Positions 7,424 through 17,139 of a stretch of DNA of 57,823 bases are shown here, piece after piece. Below the pieces are notes generated by a model. It was not told the DNA's origin, made no database searches, and saw only the letters and a program-made list of their open reading frames with translations. This stretch comes from Candidatus Nomurabacteria bacterium (GTDB lineage Bacteria > Patescibacteriota > Minisyncoccia > Phycocordibacterales > UBA9973), in contig PMDZ01000004.1 of assembly GCA_003155695.1 (NCBI GenBank), positions 51,257 through 109,079 of the forward strand. The letters run 5' to 3'. Position 1 is the first letter of the stretch. The number at the start of each line of letters is the position of its first letter. The translations under genes and the position numbers were made by a program.

Positions 7424-9871
7424 CTACAAACAAGTAATTGAGGCAATGTTGTCCCCACCGCGGAGCTTCATAACTGTCACTCCTTGAGTCTGACGGCCTG
7501 AAGTCGGAAGCGAATCAAGACTGACGCGGATGACTTGACCTTTTTGCGAGACGGCGATGATTTCACTTTCTTCACCGACAATTTTCGCCACGATTAGTTT
7601 ACCGGTTTTGGCTGTAACTTTGGCGGTTTTTATTCCCGAGCCACCGCGTTTTTGAGTTTTGTATTCTTTGATATTGGTTTTCTTACCGAAACCATTGGAG
7701 GAAAGCGTCAGGATGGAAAGTTTAGTCTCTCCTTTTGGAATCCTATCTACCCCTATCACAAAATCATTTTTGCTTAACTTTATGGCTCTAACACCACCGG
7801 CCGAGCGACCCATTTCGCGAACATCAGTTTCCTTGAACCGAATAGATTGTCCTAAAGTTGTTGCAAGAGCCACATCGTCTCCTTTCGAAATAGCCAGTAC
7901 TGCTTGAAGTTCATCATCTTTATCGAGCTTGATAGCCAATAAACCACTCCTGCGAACATCTTTAAAGCTCTCGGCTGCCACCTTTTTGGCTACTCCCATT
8001 TTGGTCACCATCATAAGTGTCTCAACCGTACTCTTCATTTCTTTATCAATCGGTAAAATCGAAGTAACTTTTTCCTCCGCACCAAGGGAAATGAAATTCA
8101 TTATTGATTTGCCTTTTGTCGCCCGCTTGCCTTCCGGAATATCATACATTTTAATCTGGTAGGCCTTGCCCAAATTCGTGAAGAACAATAAATCCGAGTG
8201 GGTATTGGCCGAGACAAGCATGGTGACAAAGTCTTCGTCTTTTGTCTCTATATCTATGACTCCGACACCTCCGCGTTTCTGAGCATGATATTCGGATGGG
8301 TCGGTGCGTTTAACATAGCCACCTTTGGTGAATACTAGGACCGATTCTTTCTCCGGAATCAAATCTTCTTCGTTTATGGCTTTGACTCCTCCCTTAATAA
8401 TACGGGTGCGTCTTACATCCGAATACTTTTCTTTTATATCTTTAAGTTCGAGGGATATAATATTCATCATCTTTTTTGGACTGGCAAGCAGAATTTCCAA
8501 CTCTTTAATTAATTTCTGTTTTTCTTCCAGCTCAAGTTCGACATTTTTGCGTTCAAGGCCGGCCAATTTCTGAAGTTTCATCTCAAGAATGGCTGTTGCT
8601 TGCAAATCCGAAAATTTGAATTCTTTCATTAAATTTATCTTGGCTACAGCTGTATCTTTTGAAGCTCGGATAACCGATATAACTTTATCTATATGGTCAA
8701 GAGCTTTCTTGAGCCCGAGAAGAATGTGTTCCCTTTCTTTGGCTTTGCGTAAATCAAATATAGTGCGACGACGGACGATTACTTCCCGATGAGAAATGAA
8801 TTCCCCGAGCAAACTCTTGAGCGATAGAGTTTGCGGAACTCCATCTACTAGTGCCACAATATTATAATTAAATGACTGCTCGAGCTGGGTATGTTTGTAA
8901 ATATAATTTAAAACTTTTTGTGGAATAACTCCGCTTTTAAGGTCTATGACAATACGAATATCCTTGGCTGACTCATCGCGTAGCCCTTTTACCCCTTCAA
9001 GTTTTTTCTCCTGGACAAGGAGAGCAATGGATTCAATGAGAGCAGATTTATTCACACGATACGGTATTGAAGTAATAACAATTTGGAAAGTGTCACTTTT
9101 TTGTTCCACTATTTCCGCTTCTCCACGGGTCACGACTCCACCACGCCCTGTCGAATACGCATGAACCAAATCGGCTTGGCCATAAACTATGCCACCAATC
9201 GGGAAATCAGGACCTTTGATAAATTCCATCAAGTCTTCCGTTGTCGCATCTTTATTATCTATCAAGTGAACAGTCGCATCGATAACTTCAGCTAGGTTGT
9301 GCGGTGGAATATTTGTGGCCATTCCGACGGCAATGCCCAGAGTTCCGTTCAAAAGTAAATTTGGAACGGCTGTCGGCAAAACACTTGGCTCTTTGCGAGT
9401 TTGGTCATAGTTTGGTCTGAAGTCCACGGTCTCTTTCTCGAGGTCAAGAAGTAAAAGTGAAGAAATTTTGGACATTTTTGCCTCCGTATAACGCATGGCT
9501 GCCGCTCCGTCGCCATCGATAGAGCCGAAGTTTCCTTGCCCATGAATGAGCGGATAACGATAAGAAAAATCTTGAGCCATGCCAACCATCGAATCATAAA
9601 CGGCCACATCTCCATGCGGGTGATATTTTCCAAGGACATCTCCGACAATAGCGGCTGACTTTCGAAAACGCGCAGAAGAAGTCAAACCCATTTCGTTCAT
9701 GCCAAATAAAATTCTTCTGTGAACCGGTTTCAATCCATCCCGAACATCAGGAAGCGCCCGGTCAGTAATAACCGACATTGCGTAGTCAATGAACGACTCT
9801 TTCATTTCCGAACTTATTTCCACAGAAATTACATTTTTATGATTGTCTTTTATTTCTTCTTCCTTTGCCAT
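7424..9871 (-). CDS. gyrA: DNA gyrase subunit A
   Basis: 815 aa. [27 protein letters not shown] active-site Tyr motif, and C-terminal beta-pinwheel repeats. Confidence 0.97.
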   Translation of the reverse strand: MAKEEEIKDNHKNVISVEISSEMKESFIDYAMSVITDRALPDVRDGLKPVHRRILFGMNEMGLTSSARFRKSAAIVGDVLGKYHPHGDVAVYDSMVGMAQDFSYRYPLIHGQGNFGSIDGDGAAAMRYTEAKMSKISSLLLLDLEKETVDFRPNYDQTRKEPSVLPTAVPNLLLNGTLGIAVGMATNIPPHNLAEVIDATVHLIDNKDATTEDLMEFIKGPDFPIGGIVYGQADLVHAYSTGRGGVVTRGEAEIVEQKSDTFQIVITSIPYRVNKSALIESIALLVQEKKLEGVKGLRDESAKDIRIVIDLKSGVIPQKVLNYIYKHTQLEQSFNYNIVALVDGVPQTLSLKSLLGEFISHREVIVRRRTIFDLRKAKEREHILLGLKKALDHIDKVISVIRASKDTAVAKINLMKEFKFSDLQATAILEMKLQKLAGLERKNVELELEEKQKLIKELEILLASPKKMMNIISLELKDIKEKYSDVRRTRIIKGGVKAINEEDLIPEKESVLVFTKGGYVKRTDPSEYHAQKRGGVGVIDIETKDEDFVTMLVSANTHSDLLFFTNLGKAYQIKMYDIPEGKRATKGKSIMNFISLGAEEKVTSILPIDKEMKSTVETLMMVTKMGVAKKVAAESFKDVRRSGLLAIKLDKDDELQAVLAISKGDDVALATTLGQSIRFKETDVREMGRSAGGVRAIKLSKNDFVIGVDRIPKGETKLSILTLSSNGFGKKTNIKEYKTQKRGGSGIKTAKVTAKTGKLIVAKIVGEESEIIAVSQKGQVIRVSLDSLPTSGRQTQGVTVMKLRGGDNIASITCL

Positions 9872-9874
9872 AAA

Positions 9875-10207
9875 TTATTGATATTCAACAGGGATAAGAT
9901 CTATTTGTTTCTGTTCTTCCTCTTTTGGTTCTGTCGGCGCAGGTGTGCTTACTTTTTTCAGTGATGAGATATTTCCGACGCTTGCAGTGACATTATTATA
10001 TGTGTCTTTAATTGATTGCCCGAAAAGAGCAAATGGTTTTATGTCTTCTTGTGTTTTAGCTGCAACTTGACCACTACCCAATTTATGACCAATACCATTT
10101 ATCCAAATAAAACCGACAAAAGACATACAAACTATAAGCGACCCGACTAATATTTGCTTTCGTGTATCTTCAGATTTGGATTGTAATTTTTTTATATATT
10201 CATGCAT
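9875..10207 (-). CDS. hypothetical membrane-anchored protein
   Basis: Single N-terminal TM (ILVGSLIVCMSFVGFIWI). 3-nt gap to gyrA. Confidence 0.45.
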   Translation of the reverse strand: MHEYIKKLQSKSEDTRKQILVGSLIVCMSFVGFIWINGIGHKLGSGQVAAKTQEDIKPFALFGQSIKDTYNNVTASVGNISSLKKVSTPAPTEPKEEEQKQIDLIPVEYQ

Positions 10208-10225
10208 AAAAAATAATTTTAAAAA

Positions 10226-10852
10226 TTATGATGATAATACAACGACCTCGCCTTCTTTTCCAATTAATTCCTTGGCTTTGATTGTCAATTTTTCAATCGG
10301 CACAATTTTCTCTTGTCCAGCTTCCTTCAGGAATGCTTTCAGCGTCTTCTCGTCATAATCCATCGGAATAATAATTTTCGGTTCAAGTGTCACGGCTAAT
10401 TTGTAAGCTTCTATCGGACTAAGCAAGTCGCTGTTGCCGATAGGCACGAATAATATATCCGGTTCTTCAATTTGCTCGCGAACGCTGGCGCTAAATTTCT
10501 CGTTGGAAACAGCCCCGAGAAAACACAAAGAAATATTTTCGATTGAAAGAGAATAAATGGTATTGATATATTTCTTGCCGCCGAGCTTTGTCTCCGTCAT
10601 GATTCCTTTGATAAAAATATCCTTGATCTCGTAATCCCCGGGACCACTGATTTCAAAAGGAATCGTTTCGCCGTGAGAGACCATATCAAAACCGTTATAA
10701 TCCGGATGATTAATAGTGGAAAGAGCGATGTCCGAGCCAAATCGAGATGTAAGTGATGAAAATTTGGAATCCTTGCTTATAGGATTGACAGCCAAAACCA
10801 GATTCCCTTGCCCGATTTTGAAGAATTGCTTTCCCAAATATGTGATAACCAT
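10226..10852 (-). CDS. MBL-fold metal-dependent hydrolase-like protein (UPF0173-like, His motif degenerate)
   Basis: MVITYLGKQFFKI... N-terminus and overall length resemble UPF0173 / Lactamase_B_3 proteins. The HxHxDH motif is not intact. Confidence 0.5.
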   Translation of the reverse strand: MVITYLGKQFFKIGQGNLVLAVNPISKDSKFSSLTSRFGSDIALSTINHPDYNGFDMVSHGETIPFEISGPGDYEIKDIFIKGIMTETKLGGKKYINTIYSLSIENISLCFLGAVSNEKFSASVREQIEEPDILFVPIGNSDLLSPIEAYKLAVTLEPKIIIPMDYDEKTLKAFLKEAGQEKIVPIEKLTIKAKELIGKEGEVVVLSS

Positions 10853-10898
10853 GTGTGTATTATAGCATTTTTAATAGAAAAAAGAAAGAGTTTTTATT

Positions 10899-10930
10899 AC
10901 CAAAACACCTAGGTTTTACCTAGGTGTTTG
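10899..10930 (-). terminator. intrinsic terminator
   Basis: Stem AAACACCTAGG / CCTAGGTGTTT with a 5-nt loop. Confidence 0.6.
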
Positions 10931-10954
10931 TGTATATTTTGGAATTTAACAATT

Positions 10955-11371
10955 TTATTGTAATTCATTTTTTATCTGCTCGGCTTCAGCTGATCTTCCT
11001 GCTTTTTTTAATTCACTAATCATATCTTCCAAATTACTATAATAACCGACTACCTCATCCATCATCTTTACCACATCTCTTATATCACCTTCTCCTTTAT
11101 TTTCAGCAGCAAGTTTCAAGATTTCACTTCGAGCTAACTTGTAATCCTTATCCTTAATATCTTTTAACTTTTTCGCTATTTCTTTATTATTTTTAATATA
11201 TTCTTTTATACGAGGATAAATTTCCTTTTTATCGTCAAAATTCAACAATTCAGGATCAATCTCCCACCATTCTTTTTTTTGTTCTTGTTTCCCTGACAAA
11301 TCCTCTGGTTTGGTTTTATCCATATTACTAGTACCCCCTATATTATTTGCGCCCGGTGCTCCTCCAATCAT
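10955..11371 (-). CDS. hypothetical charged/coiled-coil protein
   Basis: ORF only. Lys/Glu-rich with no recognisable motif. Confidence 0.4.
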   Translation of the reverse strand: MIGGAPGANNIGGTSNMDKTKPEDLSGKQEQKKEWWEIDPELLNFDDKKEIYPRIKEYIKNNKEIAKKLKDIKDKDYKLARSEILKLAAENKGEGDIRDVVKMMDEVVGYYSNLEDMISELKKAGRSAEAEQIKNELQ

Positions 11372-11485
11372 TGTATTAGTCGCTAATTAGCGAGATTATT
11401 ATTAATACCTTAATAATACCCCCCCTCATACACATTGTCAATCCTTTATCCACGTGCAGTGTCTCAGGTCTTGTTGAAATTTAGC

Positions 11486-11514
11486 TTGATTAATAATTAT
11501 ATATGTAGTATATT
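11486..11514 (+). promoter_or_regulatory. sigma70-like promoter TTGATT-17-TATATT
   Basis: TTGATT at 11486-11491, 17-nt spacer, TATATT at 11509-11514. Confidence 0.5.
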
Positions 11515-11591
11515 AGTCGCATTACAAGCTCGGTTTGAAGGTTAACCCTTTTTGTCGAAAGTTTAGGAAAACAAAAAGATCTTCAACTGTG

Positions 11592-11611
11592 CCGCGAGAC
11601 GCGGTTTTTTT
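11592..11611 (+). terminator. terminator-like hairpin inside the rpsA leader
   Basis: CCGCG-AGA-CGCGG followed by T7, about 90 nt downstream of the predicted TSS and 43 nt upstream of the rpsA ATG. Confidence 0.5.
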
Positions 11612-11654
11612 AGTACCAAAACATAAATTTATTTATGTTTTAAAAAATATAGAT

Positions 11655-12782
11655 ATGAAAAAAGAAAATCAAGATGTTATAGATAGCATTGCCGAACACG
11701 CAAAAATGGAGCTTTCCAGTGTCGGCAAAATGCTCGATAAAGCTGAGGTTCCCCCACAAGTGGATGCACTTGTAGAAGGCCCGGTAATTTCCATTCAGAA
11801 GTCATCTGTTTACATTGACCTTACTCCATTCGGGACAGGTATAATTTATGGACGAGAATTTATAAATGCCAAGGACATAATCAAGAAAATAAATATCGGT
11901 GATGTTGTTAAGGCAAAAGTAGTTGAAACCGATAACGAAGATGGTTATATTGAATTATCTTTGAAGGAAGCAAAGCAAGCTCTCATTTGGAGTGAAGCCG
12001 AGAAAGCCATTAAGTCAAAAATGACTCTTGAACTCACTATTAAAGAAGCCAACAAAGGTGGACTTATATTGGAGTGGCAAGGCATCCAAGGATTCCTTCC
12101 GGCTTCTCAACTTAAGAGTGAGCACTATCCACGAGTCGAAGATTCTGACAAGGATAAAATATTAAAAGCCCTAAAATTATTAATCGGCAAACGCATAAAC
12201 GTCGTGATGATTTCCGCTCTACCTAAAGAAGGCAAACTAATTTTTTCGGAAAAGGATAATAATCCGGAAGAGAGACGCGAGATTGTCGGCAAATATGCCG
12301 TCGGTGATGAGCTCGAATGTATCGTTGCCGGTATTGTTGACTTCGGTGTCTTTTTAAAGTTGGAAGAAGGTCTTGAAGGGTTAGTTCACATTTCCGAGAT
12401 TGATTGGGGCTTAGTGGAAGACCCACGAACAATGTTCAAGGTTGGCGACAAAGTCAAAGCAAAAATTATTGAAATAAAAGACGGTAAAATTTCTCTCTCA
12501 ATCAAAGCTCTCAAAGAAAATCCATGGAATGAGTTTGAAAACGTTCTTAAGAAAGGAGATATCGTTTCGGGAGTCGTGATTAAATTCAATAAACACGGAG
12601 CTCTTGTCTCTATAAAACAGGGTGTCGCCGGTTTGGTTCACAATTCGGGATTCGGTTCTGAAGAGAAATTAAAGAAGACTTTGGAATTGGGCAAGAAATA
12701 TAATTTCCAAGTGACTTTATTTGAAGCCAAGGACCAAAGAATGACGCTTGTTTACTTGGATGAAACCAAGAAAACCGAATAG
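11655..12782 (+). CDS. rpsA: 30S ribosomal protein S1 (four S1 domains)
   Basis: Repeated S1 motifs (GDVVKAKVVE..., GKRINVVMIS..., GDELECIVAGIVDFGVFLKL, GDIVSGVVIKFNKHGALVSI). Start moved to ATG 11655 because the longer ORF would run through the promoter and terminator hairpin. Confidence 0.85.
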   Translation: MKKENQDVIDSIAEHAKMELSSVGKMLDKAEVPPQVDALVEGPVISIQKSSVYIDLTPFGTGIIYGREFINAKDIIKKINIGDVVKAKVVETDNEDGYIELSLKEAKQALIWSEAEKAIKSKMTLELTIKEANKGGLILEWQGIQGFLPASQLKSEHYPRVEDSDKDKILKALKLLIGKRINVVMISALPKEGKLIFSEKDNNPEERREIVGKYAVGDELECIVAGIVDFGVFLKLEEGLEGLVHISEIDWGLVEDPRTMFKVGDKVKAKIIEIKDGKISLSIKALKENPWNEFENVLKKGDIVSGVVIKFNKHGALVSIKQGVAGLVHNSGFGSEEKLKKTLELGKKYNFQVTLFEAKDQRMTLVYLDETKKTE

Positions 12783-12900
12783 TAATTACTAATTAAAAAT
12801 TACCGATTACCAGTTAAATAGCCCAAACTAACGAAGTTAGTTTGGGCTATTTTTGATTTTGGATTTAATTATTAATTCTTAATTAGTAATTATTAATTAT
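12783..12900. repeat. AT-rich TAATTA-type palindromic element (copy 2 of 3) filling the rpsA/pth intergenic region
   Basis: Left arm GTAATTACTAATTAAAAATTACC. Right arm TTAATTCTTAATTAGTAATTATTAATTAT (contains the reverse complement TTAATTAGTAATTA of the left arm). Confidence 0.5.
12820..12853. terminator. bidirectional intrinsic terminator between convergent rpsA and pth
   Basis: 13-bp stem AGCCCAAACTAAC / GTTAGTTTGGGCT with a GAA loop, then a T-run. Confidence 0.8.
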
Positions 12901-13477
12901 ATAGACTCATGGCTTTTTCTTTGCCTTCGGCCGACACCATTTCAATAATTTCCGAGACTTTTTTTGAAATCTTTTTAATTTCTTTCAACTCATCTTCTTT
13001 GAATTTTCCGAGCAGAAATTTCAAAATTGCCTCCTCTCCTTTTGGCTTTTTCATTTTTCCAGATGGGGCAAGTGGTAATGTGCCAATACGGATTCGCAAG
13101 AATTCGCGGGATTTTACTTTCTTTATGACCGATTCCAAACCATTATGTCCGCCGGACGAACGATTGAAAGAAATTTTCAAGCTTCCGAGTGGCAAATCTA
13201 TATCATCATAAACGACAACTAGATTTTTTAATTTTTTGGGACTATCGATTAATTGCGCTACTGCTACCCCGGAATTATTCATAAACGTTTCCGGCAGAAG
13301 AAAATCAAACTTTTCCCCGTTAATTTCTCCTTTAGCACACAGTGATTTTAATTTCGGGTTACTTTTCCATTCGGAAAAATCATTAGCTTGCGCAATATTT
13401 TCCAATATCATTCGTCCGGTATTATGACGAGAGTATTCATATTCTTTTCCAGGGTTTCCCAATCCAACGATTAACAT
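12893..13477 (-). CDS. pth: peptidyl-tRNA hydrolase
   Basis: MLIVGLGNPGKEYEYSRHNTG..., GGHNGLES motif. Confidence 0.95.
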   Translation of the reverse strand: MLIVGLGNPGKEYEYSRHNTGRMILENIAQANDFSEWKSNPKLKSLCAKGEINGEKFDFLLPETFMNNSGVAVAQLIDSPKKLKNLVVVYDDIDLPLGSLKISFNRSSGGHNGLESVIKKVKSREFLRIRIGTLPLAPSGKMKKPKGEEAILKFLLGKFKEDELKEIKKISKKVSEIIEMVSAEGKEKAMSLYN

Positions 13478-13798
13478 AAACTTATATTAACATAAACCGG
13501 TCGTTCACGAAATAGCTCTTCTTAAAGGGTACGAAAATTTTTTCTAAAAATTTTCTCAGTTTTCGTTTCGACAAACTCAAAAGCCCCTTTAATAAGACTA
13601 TTTCGTTTCCGACCTTGGCTATGTGAAGCAGGATTATTGAAATTATGAGTCGTGTCGGAGCCCTTTAGGGTAAAGCGCGAATAATTTAAATAATCCTGCG
13701 GAACAATTTTTGAAAAAGTTTGCTTTAAATTTTTCAAACATTAGACTACATTTAATCGTATCATGTCAAGACTATTTGTGTGATAAAATGAGCCCAAT

Positions 13799-14404
13799 AT
13801 GGAAAATAATAATAGTCAGGTTAACGACCCAAATACCCTCCCAAAAACAAAATTCCAAAAGTTTCTGGCGGACGCTTGGGACCTTATCAAGTTTGCGGTA
13901 ATTGCTCTCATTATAGTCATACCGATAAGAATGTTCATTGCTCAACCTTTCGTTGTCAGTGGTGAATCAATGTTCCCTACTTTTAATAACGGCGAGTATC
14001 TGATAGTGGATGAATTATCTTATAGATTGAATACTCCACACCGTGGCGATGTAATTATTTTCCGATATCCAAATGACACAACAAGATTTTTTATAAAAAG
14101 AATTATAGGCATGCCCAATGAAGAAATCTCGATAAAAAATGGTGCAGTAACCATTATAAATAAAGACAACCCGAATGGTTTTACGTTAAGTGAACCATAC
14201 ATCGACGAACCGTTTGACACAACTGCCACGTACAAAACAGGAGCGAATGAATATTTTGTCATGGGAGATAATAGGAATAGAAGTTCCGATTCTCGTGCCT
14301 GGGGACTTCTTCCAGGGAATTTAATAATCGGTAGAGCATACTTGAGACTATTGCCTTTCAAAAGCGCCTCTTACTTGCCAGGACATTATCAAGAAAGTAA
14401 ATAA
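13799..14404 (+). CDS. lepB: signal peptidase I
   Basis: SGESMFPTF (catalytic Ser box), GDVIIF, KRIIGMPNE (Lys box), GDNRNRSSDSR. Confidence 0.9.
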   Translation: MENNNSQVNDPNTLPKTKFQKFLADAWDLIKFAVIALIIVIPIRMFIAQPFVVSGESMFPTFNNGEYLIVDELSYRLNTPHRGDVIIFRYPNDTTRFFIKRIIGMPNEEISIKNGAVTIINKDNPNGFTLSEPYIDEPFDTTATYKTGANEYFVMGDNRNRSSDSRAWGLLPGNLIIGRAYLRLLPFKSASYLPGHYQESK

Positions 14405-14424
14405 CCTGCCTGCCGGCAGGCAGG
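14405..14424. other. perfect 20-bp GC-rich palindrome CCTGCCTGCCGGCAGGCAGG
   Basis: Self-complementary. Starts right after the lepB stop and is directly followed by TATAAT (14425-14430) and the hisS ATG (14436). Confidence 0.7.
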
Positions 14425-14435
14425 TATAATAAAAG

Positions 14436-15728
14436 ATGGAAAATAAAAAGATAAATAAAGGACAAATGTCGTCAGTTAAAGGAATGCGGGACATTATCGA
14501 TAATCAATATTATCAATTCCAGGGATTCTTCGAAAAAGCTCAAGAGATAGCTGTCTATTACGGTTTCAAGCCGATTGAAACCCCGATTGTCGAAGAAGAA
14601 GAAGTCTTCACCTCTTCTATCGGAGTCGGCACCGATATTGTCGACAAAGAAATGTACACACTCAAAACAAAAGGCGGAGACCATTTGGCTCTTCGTCCCG
14701 AACACACCGCTGGCATCATGCGCAGCTACATCGAGCACGGCATGCAAGCTCTTCCCCAGCCGGTAATGCTTTATAGTTACGGACCGGTCTTTCGTCACGA
14801 CAATCCTCAGAAAGGACGCTACCGCCAATTCTGGCAATTTGATATGGATGTCATCGGGAGCGATAAAAGTATCCTCGATGCTCTTGTGATAAAAACCGCT
14901 TGGACTATTTTAATGGAAGCAGGAGCCACAGATCTTTCTGTCGATATTAATTCAATCGGTGACAAAGAATGCCGAGCTTCATATATCAGAGAGCTGGTTT
15001 CTTATTATAAAAAGAATATTAATGTTCTTTCCGGGATAGATAGGGAAAGATTAAAGACAAATCCCCTTCGGATTCTTGATTCCAAAGAAGAAAAAACGGT
15101 TGAGCTGAATCAGAATGCTCCCGAGAGTATTTCCCACCTTTGCCCGGCTTGTAAAAAACATTTCAAAGAAGTTCTTGAATATCTGGAAGAAATGGAAATC
15201 CCTTATACCATAAATAAATGTCTTGTTCGTGGTCTTTCCTATTACACCAGAACTGTCATTGAAATAATGCAGGAAGATAAAGAAACCGGAAAAAAAGTCA
15301 CAATCACCGGAGGCGGACGTTATGATTATTTGGGCAAGCAACTTGGTAGCAAAAAAGAAATATCGGCCGTCGGCATATCTATCGGCGTCGATAGAATTGT
15401 CGAAGCTCCTTGGTTTGCTAAACTGGCTCCTCGAATAATCAAAAAGACCAAAATTTATTTCATTCAGCTCGGCTTTGATGCCAAACTAAAATCGTTAAAT
15501 GTTATCGAAATACTTCGTAAAGGTAGGATTCCTATTGCTCAATCCATCTCAAAAGATAATTTGGGAGCCCAGCTGGCTATCGCCGAGAAACTTGGCATGG
15601 AATATACAATTATCTTCGGACAAAAGGAAGCCTTGGAAGATTCCGTCATATTCAGAAATATGAACAATCGTTCCCAGGAAACAGTTAAACTTTCAAAATT
15701 GCTGGAATATATCAAGAATTTAAAATAA
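14436..15728 (+). CDS. hisS: histidine--tRNA ligase
   Basis: LRPEHTAGIMRSY, RYRQFWQFDMDVIG, GGGRYD class II motifs. Confidence 0.95.
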   Translation: MENKKINKGQMSSVKGMRDIIDNQYYQFQGFFEKAQEIAVYYGFKPIETPIVEEEEVFTSSIGVGTDIVDKEMYTLKTKGGDHLALRPEHTAGIMRSYIEHGMQALPQPVMLYSYGPVFRHDNPQKGRYRQFWQFDMDVIGSDKSILDALVIKTAWTILMEAGATDLSVDINSIGDKECRASYIRELVSYYKKNINVLSGIDRERLKTNPLRILDSKEEKTVELNQNAPESISHLCPACKKHFKEVLEYLEEMEIPYTINKCLVRGLSYYTRTVIEIMQEDKETGKKVTITGGGRYDYLGKQLGSKKEISAVGISIGVDRIVEAPWFAKLAPRIIKKTKIYFIQLGFDAKLKSLNVIEILRKGRIPIAQSISKDNLGAQLAIAEKLGMEYTIIFGQKEALEDSVIFRNMNNRSQETVKLSKLLEYIKNLK

Positions 15729-15738
15729 ATATAATTAT

Positions 15739-16272
15739 ATGGCTCTGATAGTTCAAAATGAGGACAAGGTGTTACGCAAAATATCGAAAGAAATACCTAT
15801 TTCTTCCATCACAAAACCAAAAATTAAAAAAATCATCAGTGATATGAATGAGGCTCTTGATTCGCAGTTTGATGGAGTCGCTATTGCCGCCCCTCAGATA
15901 GGAGAATCTCTCCGGATGTTCATCGTCTCCGGTAAGACATTTGATGAGGATTTTGCTCGAGGCAAATTTACTAAAGAAGATTTGTATATGAAAGACCATC
16001 CAGACAATATGGTCTTCATTAATCCAGTCCTTAAAAAAATCTCAAAAGACAGAAAACTGATGATTGAAGGCTGCCTTTCCGTCCGACCACTTTATGGCAA
16101 GGTCCGCCGAGCAACACGAGCAACCGTTGAAGCCTATAATGAGCATGGGCACAAATTCACCAAAGAGGGAGTTGGTCTTCTCGCTCATATCTTCCAGCAC
16201 GAAATCGACCACTTGGAAGGAGTCCTCTTTATAGACAAAGCCAAGGATTTACAAGAAATTCTAACGGAATAA
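15739..16272 (+). CDS. def: peptide deformylase
   Basis: GVAIAAPQIG, EGCLS, HEIDHLEG. Confidence 0.95.
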   Translation: MALIVQNEDKVLRKISKEIPISSITKPKIKKIISDMNEALDSQFDGVAIAAPQIGESLRMFIVSGKTFDEDFARGKFTKEDLYMKDHPDNMVFINPVLKKISKDRKLMIEGCLSVRPLYGKVRRATRATVEAYNEHGHKFTKEGVGLLAHIFQHEIDHLEGVLFIDKAKDLQEILTE

Positions 16273-16276
16273 ATTT

Positions 16277-17137
16277 ATGAATGAGCAAAATAATTTCAAT
16301 CAAATAATTAAAGAAAAGACACCAGGTGAGAGATTTTTGGAACATGATTATTTAACGGCAGGAAAGAAGATAAAACTAAAAAAAGTTTTCGGCAATAATG
16401 AATCGATTGAGGGTATTTTAGATTTTGATGTTAAACAAGGAAAACCAATAATTATGGACAATGGGTCGAAAAATATCGACTCAATAATAAATGCACAACT
16501 TTTGAAAGATAAGATTTTTTTAAAAACTGCTGACCATACTTACGAATTAGTACCTCCGACAGACGCAGTGGCAAAAACCAGACCAAATTCCGAAGAACTA
16601 ATTAAAATTGATAATGAAATAGAAAGTGAATTAAAAAGAGCCCAAGCTTCTGCCCTTAGCATGCAAGAAGCAAAGATTCTGTTTGTAAAGAAACAAAATT
16701 TATCTCTAGAACTTAATAAGACTCCTGACATTCAAGACCAAATAAAAGAAATTGAAACAAAACTCAAAGCTTGCACAGTTGTAGTAGATACCCTTTTGGA
16801 ATTTAAAATTCTTATGGAAAAAACCTCAAAAAATTATTACATAATTAGAAGTGTTATTGAACACGAAAATGCTCATTCAAATAAAGCTTCATCATTGGAA
16901 GTAATTCATGGGGGTTATTCTGTGCTTGTTTTAAAAAACAAAGAAGGTGTTTTTTCTTATTTACCAACAGCTCGTACAAAACCACAAGAAAATTGGGATG
17001 ATAAAAGAAAAATTGAGACTAATATTAAAATTGGAAGAGCTCCCGAAGAATATGGTAATAGAATGTCTGACGGAGATAAAGAGAACGTAGCTAAACTGCG
17101 AGAGCAACTGGAAAATCTTAACGAAATTGATACATAA
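16277..17137 (+). CDS. hypothetical protein with HExxH motif, inserted between def and fmt
   Basis: 286 aa with a central coiled-coil-like region and IEHENAHSN (HExxH) near aa 195. Gaps of 4 nt and 2 nt to its neighbours. Confidence 0.5.
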   Translation: MNEQNNFNQIIKEKTPGERFLEHDYLTAGKKIKLKKVFGNNESIEGILDFDVKQGKPIIMDNGSKNIDSIINAQLLKDKIFLKTADHTYELVPPTDAVAKTRPNSEELIKIDNEIESELKRAQASALSMQEAKILFVKKQNLSLELNKTPDIQDQIKEIETKLKACTVVVDTLLEFKILMEKTSKNYYIIRSVIEHENAHSNKASSLEVIHGGYSVLVLKNKEGVFSYLPTARTKPQENWDDKRKIETNIKIGRAPEEYGNRMSDGDKENVAKLREQLENLNEIDT

Positions 17138-17139
17138 TT

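Noticed and set aside
11535-11654. N-terminal extension of rpsA from a TTG at 11535
   Set aside because: The extension would be translated through a terminator hairpin and has no S1-like sequence. ATG 11655 (MKKENQ...) gives a normal S1 N-terminus.
13522-13737. 71-aa ORF in the pth/lepB intergenic region; also a long hairpin at 13628-13699 (GCAGGATTATT/AATAATCCTGC plus AAATTAT/ATAATTT) that I considered as SRP RNA
   Set aside because: The ORF has no motif or promoter context. The hairpin lacks the SRP domain IV signature (GNRA tetraloop, AGCA/GGAA loops). Left as an unexplained structure, not called.
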